Shown piece after piece: positions 55,211 through 64,000 of a DNA stretch of 64,000 nucleotides. The notes beneath the pieces were generated by a model. The model was not told the origin of the DNA. It saw only the letters and a program-made list of their open reading frames with translations, and made no database searches. Location: contig NC_087447.1 in NCBI RefSeq assembly GCF_036321535.1, positions 44,270,001 through 44,334,000 of the forward strand, written 5' to 3'. Numbering within the stretch: the first letter of the stretch is position 1; every line of letters starts with the position of its first letter. The position numbers were made by a program, and so were the translations under genes. This DNA is from Camelus dromedarius. Lineage: Eukaryota.

Positions 55211-56804
55211 TTTCTCTAAAAAGTAAAAAATATTGATAATATCTGGTAAGGGAATTCAAGAGATGAAAGCAAAGTTGAGACAACAGAAATATAAAATAGT
55301 AAGTTTCAAAAGATGCAAGTAATGTCTGTGTCAATGTACAGCAACATGGAAGTCTGCTTGATTTCAGTCTTGCTCTGTTCTATCACGCTAATTTTATTTT
55401 GACATTATTAGGTTTCAAAAGAGAGGCAGTATGTGTGGTAGCTAATAGCATGAAGCTTAGATTCTGGGTTATTAAACCTTGGAAAATATACTTAATTATA
55501 TTAAGGCTTATTTTCATTATTTACATAAAATGGACAGATAATGTTACCAAAGAGTAAGATCATCCTAAAGAGAAAATGAGCTAGTGACTACGAAGAGTTT
55601 AACGCAGGATGTCTCACTGAATAGCAGCTTTAGGAAAGGATATTTAGAATGTTCCAAAATATAAAGTCAGAGGCTATGAAGAGGCAAGATATGAGAGTGA
55701 AGAGGAAAGCAGGCACCAGATTATAAAGGATCAAGTCAAAGATTATGCCTTATTTTCTGATTACAAAATAATTTGTTTTCATTAGAGAGCATCTGAGACT
55801 GTAAAATCACATAAAGCTGGAATGAAAAAGTCACTTAAAATCCTATCACTCAGAAAAACACACACATGAACACTTTGGCAAGACAAATTTTAAAATGAGA
55901 ATTAGAGTGTAAATATTTTTATAATCCACTTTTCATCTTAAATATTTTGCAAAATTTTGATGTTATAAAATAGTTTTACATTTTTTCAGTGGATGCATAG
56001 CAGTCCTTTATTTGGATGTTCTATATTTATTTAAGAATATTTTTCTTTTTTCAAAGATTTACAGTTATCATTAATATTGTAATTAACTCTCACAGATTCA
56101 TTTTACCCACCTTGTTTTTTCTTTTTATATAAATTAAAAACTTTTTATTGAGATATAATTTACACAGGGTATAGTTTGATGAATTTGGAAACCTTTCTGT
56201 CACCATAGAAAGTTTCCTCCTGCCCCATCCCAGTCAGTCTTTACCCTTGCACTCTCCAGAAGCAACCACTATTCTTATTTTTGCCACTCTGTATCAGATT
56301 TACCTATTCCAGAACTTCATATAAATAGAAAAATATGATATGTACTCTTTTGTGTCAGGCGTTTTTACCTCAGCATTATGGCTTTGAGATTCATCCTTGG
56401 TTTTGCTTGTATCAGTAATTCTTTTTATTGTTAAGTAATATTCCATTATACAGATATACCACAGTTGTTTATCCATTTTCCTATTTGTGGATATATGGGT
56501 TATATCTTATTGTGAGCTATTATGAATACAGAGGTTATAAGTATCCTTGTAAAAGTCTTTGTGTCTATATGTTTCATTTCTCTCGGATAAATACCTAGGA
56601 GGCAAATTCTTGAGCTGCAATGTAAGTATGTGTTTAAATTTATAAGCAATTGCCAGAATTTTATATTTCTATCGGCAATATTTGAGAATTCTGTTTCCCT
56701 ATACTTGTTAAAGTTTAATTTGTCAATCTTTTTATTTTAGTCTTCCCCCCAGAAATCATGTTCAACACTTGTTCACATGCCTGCAGACCATTTGAACATA
56801 TTCC

Positions 56805-56898
56805 TTTTTGAAATGTCTGCTCCTGTCTTTTGCCTATTTTAATTGGCTCTTTTTTTGAAATGTCTGCTCCTGTCTTTTGCCTATTTTAATTGGCTCTT
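56805..56898. repeat. Perfect 47-bp tandem duplication
   Basis: 56805-56851 is identical to 56852-56898. Confidence 0.95.
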
Positions 56899-57209
56899 TT
56901 GTCTGTTAATTGAATTACTGGAATTCTACATGTATTCTTCATACACGTCTGTTATATATAAGATTGCAAATATTTTCTCCCAGGCTCTGGGCTTGTCTGT
57001 TCATTTTCAGAAATGTGCCTTGATGAGAAGGGTTTTTAAAAACTGTGTGTCTACTCCAAGGTTATGGATATGTTTTCTCTTATAGAAATTTTTAATATTT
57101 TTTAGCTTTTTAGGTTTAAGTGTAAGATCTATCTCAAATTAACTTTTGTGTATGGTGTGAAGTGGGAGTTGAGGCTTATTTTCCTTTTCGCATATGAGTT
57201 TTCACAGGG

Positions 57210-57532
57210 TTTGATGGTTAAATTTATGTGTCAACTTCACTGGTTACAGGGTGCCCAGATAGTTGATAAGGTATTATTTCTGGGTGTGTCTGTGAGAGTG
57301 CTTCCAGAATATGTTAGCATTTGAATTCGTAGACTGAATAAAGAAAATCACATTCACCAATCATCCAGTCCATCAAGGTCCTGCGTAGAACAAAAAGAAG
57401 GAAGAGTGAATTTGTTCTCTCTTCTCAGGCTGGATATTGGGTATCAGGGCTCCTGATTCTCAGGTCTTTGGACTCAGGCAAAAACTTATACCAACTGCCC
57501 CTCAGGTTCTACAGATCCCTTGCCATGGGACT
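57210..57532 (+). mobile_element. MLT2 (ERVL) LTR fragment
   Basis: Start tgatggtta.atttatgtgtcaact and ttctgggtgtgtctgtgag match the MLT2 5' end (recall). Confidence 0.8.
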
Positions 57533-59009
57533 GTTACTAAATACAGACTCACTGTCTTTGATATATGTAGATCTATTCAGATAGTTGCTCATTTTTCTTA
57601 TACCAGTATTGGTGATTTATATCTTTTGAGGAATTTGTTCATTTCATCTAAATCGTTAAATTTATTATAAAATATTATTTATAACATTTAATTGTTATTA
57701 AGTCAATAGGACAAGAGACATGTGTATTTAATTATGGACATCTGCAATTTGTATTGTCTTTTTTTCCCCTAAAGCTGTCTTGCTAAAGGTTTATCAATTT
57801 TATTGATCTTTTCCAAGAAATCAATGTTTTGTTTCATTGATTTACCCTATTGTTTTTCTGTTTACTACTTCATTGATTTCTACCCTTATCTTTATTATTT
57901 CCTGCCTTGTACTTATTTTGTATTTAATTTGTTCTTCTTTTTCTAGTCTCTTAAGGTAAAAGCTTAGAGCACTGATTGTAAATTATTGCTGTTTTCTAAT
58001 GTAAGCATTTAAAGCTATAAATTTCCCACCAAATTCTATTTTTGTGGCATTACCAACCTTGTTTTTGGCCAAAATATTATTATATTTATTTATGACAGAA
58101 TAGTAAGTTTGAATTTACTTTATCAAAGTATACTGCTCATTTTAGAACATTTTCCATATATTGACAAATTATCCCTCAGCCAGGTTTTAATAATCTGTTT
58201 CCAACAAAGTGAGAATCTTATTATCATTGGATATTATACATTTTTAAAATTCATGCCAATCTGATGGTTAAAAAAAGTCATTTAATTTTAATGTGACTTT
58301 GCTTGTACTGAGATTGAAATTTATTTATTATAAATTGTCATTTCATATTTATACCTTTTCTCCTGTAATGTTCATAATTTTTCTCATTAATTTTTCATTA
58401 GGATTCCTGTACTAAAGATAATTAGTCTTTGATCTCTTACATTTGTTACAGTTTTATTCCCGTATTGTCATTTACTTTCAAATCTTATTTTGTGAATGTG
58501 TCAAGATATTTTTCCCAGTTTTACTGAAGTATAATTGACAAACAAAAACTGCATATATTTAGGAAATACAATATGATGTTTTGATGTATATATACAATGT
58601 GAAATGATTACCACAATCATGCTAATTAATATATCCGTATCAACTCACAGCCACCTTTTTGGGGGGAGGGGTAGAAAAATTAAGATCTCTTCTCAGCATA
58701 TTTCAAGTATAAAATACAGTATTATTAATTATCACTGTGCTGTTCATTAGATTTCCAGAACTTATTCATCTTAGTTTTGAAGTCAAATAAATCGGTGTTT
58801 TTTTTAAACAGTTTATACTTTTGTTGTAATGCTCAAAAAATTATTCTGCCACACAAGGTCAATGAATAATCACCTTATTTTTAAATGCTTAAGGTTATTT
58901 ATATATGTGTGTCTGTGTGTAATGGACAGACACACATCCTTAATCCTTTTGGAATGTTTTCTCTATATTGGATAAAGTAGACACATTTAATTTGTTTGTC
59001 AACTATTTA

Positions 59010-59434
59010 TAGGTAAACCTCAGAGTTATTAAGGGTTCAGTGCCAGACCACCACAATAAAGCAAATACTGCAATAAAGTGAGTCACATGAATTTTTTGGT
59101 TTCCAGCATATATTAAAGTTATGTTTCACACTATACTATAATCTATTAAGTGTGCATAGCATTATGTCTTTAAAAATAATGTACATACCTTAATTTTAAA
59201 AATTGCCAAAAAATGCTAACTACTAGCTGAGCCTTCAGCCAGTTGTAACCTTTTTACTGGTGGAGGGTTTGAAATATTGTAGGAATTACCAAAATATGAC
59301 ACAGATCCACAAAGTGAGAAAATGCTTTTGGAAGGTTTTTTCTTAACAAACCTTTAATTGTAAAAAAAAAAAAAAAACAGCACAGTATCTGTGAAGCACA
59401 ATAAAGCAAAGCACGATAAAACAAGGTATGCCTG
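59010..59434 (-). mobile_element. Tigger1 internal-deletion derivative (non-autonomous DNA transposon)
   Basis: Imperfect TIRs (taggtaaacct... / ...aggtatgcctg), TA flanks, Tigger1 subterminal sequence (recall). Confidence 0.85.
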
Positions 59435-61708
59435 TAGTCAATTCTCCTAGCATGATTTGTTGAATAATATGTGCTTTTCTGGCTTATTGGAAGCATTTAC
59501 ACAATTATTATGCAGACTTTGCTGGTTCTAATTTCTATTCTGATCCAGTGATTTGTCTTTTGGTTTTCCCACTATTCTAATATTATCTTCATTGTTACAA
59601 TTTGTATTGTATGTACTAGATCATCGTTGTAATTCTTTCATGTTTTTATTTTACATATTTATTTATTTTAAATAATTTAAATTTTCTTTTTTCACTTAGA
59701 AAATTCAAACTAAATTATATAAGGCAGACAATAAGGTAAGCATAAAAACATGAAAGTGTCCCCTCAGCCACTCACTCTAATCCCACTAGAACCCCACTTC
59801 CTGGGCATAATCACCATCAACGGGTTATTTTCCGTGGATCTACAAATCACGTGTACAGACTATTCTTTTATGGCACAATAGATTTCCTAAGAATCCTTAA
59901 ACACAATTATTTTAATTTTTTTTAAGTTTGAACTTCGGGGAAATGCTAGGTTCTAATCTCAGACTTTTGTGACAATTGTTCCATATCTTTTGTTAAGTGA
60001 TACATTCCACCTTTGTCATATATTAAATTTTCATAAATATTGGGATATGTTTCTGTTCCACAATATGTTTATTGGTCAAATGTTTTATGCCTGCTCAGTA
60101 TACACAATATTAATAAGGAAGGAAAAATCGACTGTATATTTTATATCTGGTAGGATATGTTTCCTCTACTCCCTCATTTTTCTTTTCCACAGCTCATTTT
60201 CTATCATACAATTACTAATCTAGATAAAATTTAGAATAAAATTATTAAATTTAATTACAAAAATTCTCTGTGAACTTGGTTGGAATTTCAGCAAATATAT
60301 GAATTAATTCAGATGAGATGAACGTCTTTATGAGACTATTGTCCTATTCATAAAATTAGTGTGCATGTTCATTTATTCAGATGTTGTGTTTCACGGTTTT
60401 CTTCAAATACAGCTTGAGTGTTTTTTAAGTGTACACTTTGTTAAGTTTAGCAATGGTGAAGGAATTTTTTTCTTTTTTACTAAAATTTCTACTTGTTTAT
60501 TTTCAGTATACAGTATAAGACTGTTCACTTACTTGTCCTATTAAGCTTGAATTGGCTCCCTTTTGAGTTTTTCTAAAATATGCAGTCAAATAGCCACAAT
60601 AATCTTTACCACTTTTCCTTTAATTCTTTCTATTGTCCTTTGGCCAAGACCCCCCAGGGTGCTTTAAAAATATGTTCAAATACACCTGACTCTTATTTAT
60701 GTGCCTACATAGAGAGCTCTGCCATCGTGGATTGGCTCTAAAGCCCTTAAAATGGAAAAAGTTGTGGGTTTGTCTTTAAGGAATGGAGAGAATTGGGCTA
60801 AAGTTTAACCTTCTCTACAACCAGTTTTTTAGTAATAAGAAAAAGAATTACAGGCTATAGAAAGAGTGAGGAAGGCTTAGGAGGAACCAGCTTGGAAGTT
60901 TCTGAATCTGTTTCATCACCTATACTGGGGATAATCATTAGCTCATTGGACTTAGGATTTAAAATAAAAGTGTAAAGAAACAATAAGGACTGACACCAGG
61001 AGACTGCCCAACACATGATAATTAGTATTATTATTGCCAAAGGACCTTGTGCAGGGAGAGATAAGAGCGTGGAGGACAGATTAGAGCATGTTTAAAGGAC
61101 GCCACTGAGTACAAGACCAATGAGGCAGCAATATTTACTGATGCTCCGCAGCACCCACCCACTTCACACTGAGAACAAATGACAGAAGAATTTGTTTAAG
61201 GGCCAGGATCACAGACAACAATATTCTCCTTTAATATTCCATTCCTTGCTCAGAGTACGTGTTTAGAATTTGTAAATATAAGGACAAAAATCAGCCTTCA
61301 TAAATGTTGTCAGTTTGCAGCATAAAAATCTAACTGGTTTAAAGCAACTTCAGTATATTTGCTTCCCAAACCTACAGGGAAAAAAAAAAACCTGGTATTG
61401 TGAGCAGCACTATAGTCTCCTCAGAACTATACATACTCCAGCCAAGGGTCATTCAGGATGATTTCTGCCCCTCTGGTGGTACTGAAAGATTCAACGGTAG
61501 AGAAAATCAGAAATAGCTTTCCATTATCTGAACTACGGAGCAAAAAGAATCCTGCTTTCTACCACATGGAAACAAGAGGTGGACATCAGTGGCCCAGCTG
61601 GGATACTGATTAATAAAATACTTAAGTTTCTCAGATTAAAAAAAAATAACTGACCAATACGTGTTTTTTCCCTCCTTGGTGCTAACCTATAAACAGTACT
61701 AAAGGTTC

Positions 61709-62654
61709 ATGGGAGAAGAAAACCACACTTACGTGACTGAATTTGTCTTCCTGGGCCTTTCACAGGATCCACAGACACAAGTCCTGCTCTTCTTCCTTTT
61801 TCTGATCATCTACCTGCTGACTGTGCTGGGAAATCTGCTCATCATTGTGCTCACTCACGTAGACTCCAGGCTCCATACACCCATGTGCTTTTTCCTTAGA
61901 AACTTGTCCTTTGCTGATCTCTGTTTTTCTACTACCACAGTTCCCCAGGTGCTAGCCCACTTCCTGGTAAGAAGGAAGGCCATTTCCTTTGCTGGATGCT
62001 CAACACAGATAGTTGTTTTACTGCTGGTTGGGTGTACTGAGTGTGCACTGCTGGCGGTGATGTCCTATGACCGCTACGTGGCCGTCTGCAAGCCGCTGCA
62101 CTACTCCACCATCATGACACATTGGGTATGTGTCCAGATGGCCATAGGGTCCTGGGCCAGTGGAGCACTTGTGTCTCTGGTGGACACCACATTCACACTG
62201 TGGCTGCCCTACAGAGGGAACAGTATCATTAAACATTTTTTTTGTGAACCCCCTGCCCTCCTGAAGCTGGCTTCGGCTGACACCTACAGCACAGAAATGG
62301 CCATCTTTGCAATGGGTGTGGCCATCCTCCTAGCTCCTGTCTCCCTGATCCTCATCTCCTACTAGAATATCATCTCCACTGTGATCCGGATGCAGTCTGG
62401 GGAGGGGAGGCTCAAGGCTTTCTCTACCTGTGGCTCCCATCTCATTGTTGTTATCCTCTTCTATGGGTCAGCAATATTTGCCTACATGAGACCAAACTCC
62501 AAAATAATGAATGAAAGAGATAAAGTGATCTCTTGTGTTCTATTCAGCAGTGACACCCATGCTGAACCCTATCATTTACAGTCTGAGGAACAAGGATGTC
62601 AAAGAGGCTCTCAGGAGAGGGCAAAACAGTCTTTTTGAAAATGGAAATCTCTAA
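61709..62654 (+). pseudogene. OR2D3-like olfactory receptor pseudogene
   Basis: OR ORF from MGEENHT. TAG at 62363-62365 where the paralogue has TGG (SYWNII). A +1 T at ~62534 shifts [23 protein letters not shown] into another frame, which ends at TAA 62652-62654. Confidence 0.94.
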
Positions 62655-62814
62655 TTATGATCACGATTTTAAGGATATAGAGAGAAGTAATTTTAATACA
62701 AAAATTTCCCATTTTCATCCCATTCCTCCACCTTTTTTCTTCTCCTATTTGCCTACCTATTTTCTCAGATAACTTCAACAAATTGCCTGTTCAAAGTAAG
62801 GTGCCTTGATAGAC

Positions 62815-62922
62815 ACAGGAAAGTAATGTAGAAAGGAAAGGAAAACAGGAAAAATAAAGGAAGGAAGGGAAAGAGGGAAGAAAGGAAGGAAAAAAAGGAA
62901 AGAAGATAGAAAGGAAATGAAA
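62815..62922 (+). repeat. GA-rich low-complexity purine tract
   Basis: Degenerate GAAA/GGAA repeats. Confidence 0.8.
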
Positions 62923-63610
62923 AGTTGGTGAGTAAACACTCAGTACTCTCCAAGCCCATTAAAGCTAATAAGGAAATTAAAACAAGTGGACATAATAGCT
63001 ATACATTAAAAAACAAAGAATCAAATAAACAAAGCTATCACAAATGCCAGAATTCATTTCTGGCAAATGAAATCATTCTTCATACTTGCATGCATTCATC
63101 ACATATATTTTGAACGCATTATATATTCCAGGCACACTTCTGGAAGCTGAGGATATAGATACAAAAAGTAAAGTCTTCATGTGTTATATTTCTAACATGG
63201 TCTTGAATTCTAGATTTAACAGTATCTAAAACTTAAAAGAGAGCATATTTAAGGAAAAACATGGCAGAATTTTTCAAAGAGTATGTGTAACATTAAGAAA
63301 ATAGTGAGATATAAAGCTGAAAGTAAGACAAAGAATCTAGATGAGAAACGCTTTTTTTCAGTACTAAAGAATTTTCCCAGCATGTAATTCTGAAAATGCT
63401 GAAGACTGAAGAATTTATGGGACAGTATGGAAAACGAAGATAAAGTTAAGAAGGTGGGGGGGCTGGGGCACTGTTTTATCCCTTGGTAAGGGATTTATAA
63501 TGCAGATCATAATTTTGAATATCATGACTTGAAGTGATTCCTGGGTTGTTTTTTGAAAATTTTTTTCAATACAGGATGGGGTAGGGAAGTTGATCTCAGG
63601 AAGCTTCATT

Positions 63611-64000
63611 TGTAACTAACCCCAAGTGCTTCTTAAGCATACTAAAAATTGTACACTGCTTTTTAGAGAATGGGAACATTGGGGAAGTTTTAAGCTAAGG
63701 GTACATGCATATTGATGAAACGGCTTGAGCTGAGGAGAATTCAGCATAGAATTGGGGCAAAGGTTGAGAGTCCAAGCTTTAGCTGATTGAAATCACATGG
63801 TCAGAAAAGGTCAACATCATCTTCCCGCAGGTTCCATTTGATCTGGTGGTTGAGCGCTTCAGGTTAACCTTTACCATTGAAAGAGAACTGGCAGTCTTTA
63901 CAAATGACATATTATCTTTGCTATTGTTACTTCTCTCGCCTGATAAAGGTTGTTTGTTTCTGCATTCTTTTGTTCCCTTAAGATCATTAATTACTGAGAC
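63611..64000. mobile_element. Probable ERV LTR cut by the window edge
   Basis: Starts TGTAAC; the terminal tcccttaagatcattaattactgagac resembles ERV1 LTR sequence (recall only). Confidence 0.35.

Larger units (their letters stand above)
56140..58060 (-). mobile_element. Fragmented ancient L1M, antisense
   Basis: Decayed 3'UTR and ORF2 antisense sequence; 57770-58040 resembles 1300-1570. Confidence 0.7.

Noticed and set aside
62381..62638. Separate 85-aa gene
   Set aside because: It is the post-stop remainder (TM6 region) of the OR pseudogene.

Overview
Mammalian genomic DNA, most likely a camelid given two Vic-1-type tRNA-derived SINEs. The window is part of an olfactory receptor (OR) cluster with five single-coding-exon class II OR genes, all on the + strand: OR6A2 (rat I7 orthologue, 15846-16829), two OR6B-like genes (25917-26861; 38989-39945), an OR2D-like gene (44985-45908) and an OR2D3-like pseudogene (61709-62654, nonsense codon plus frameshift). 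Two of the four open ORFs have lost near-invariant residues (C179Y; DRY>DCY) and may be cryptic pseudogenes. The intergenic DNA is mostly transposable elements: old and young L1 copies with clear target-site duplications (TSDs), including twin-primed inversions and a ~360-bp monomer array, an internally deleted ERV1-like provirus, solo LTRs, MLT, Tigger, L2 and MIR. I found no convincing evidence for a new biological system; the findings are locus-level oddities. Repeat family names and orthology calls come from recall and were not database-checked. Most short ORFs in the track are spurious.
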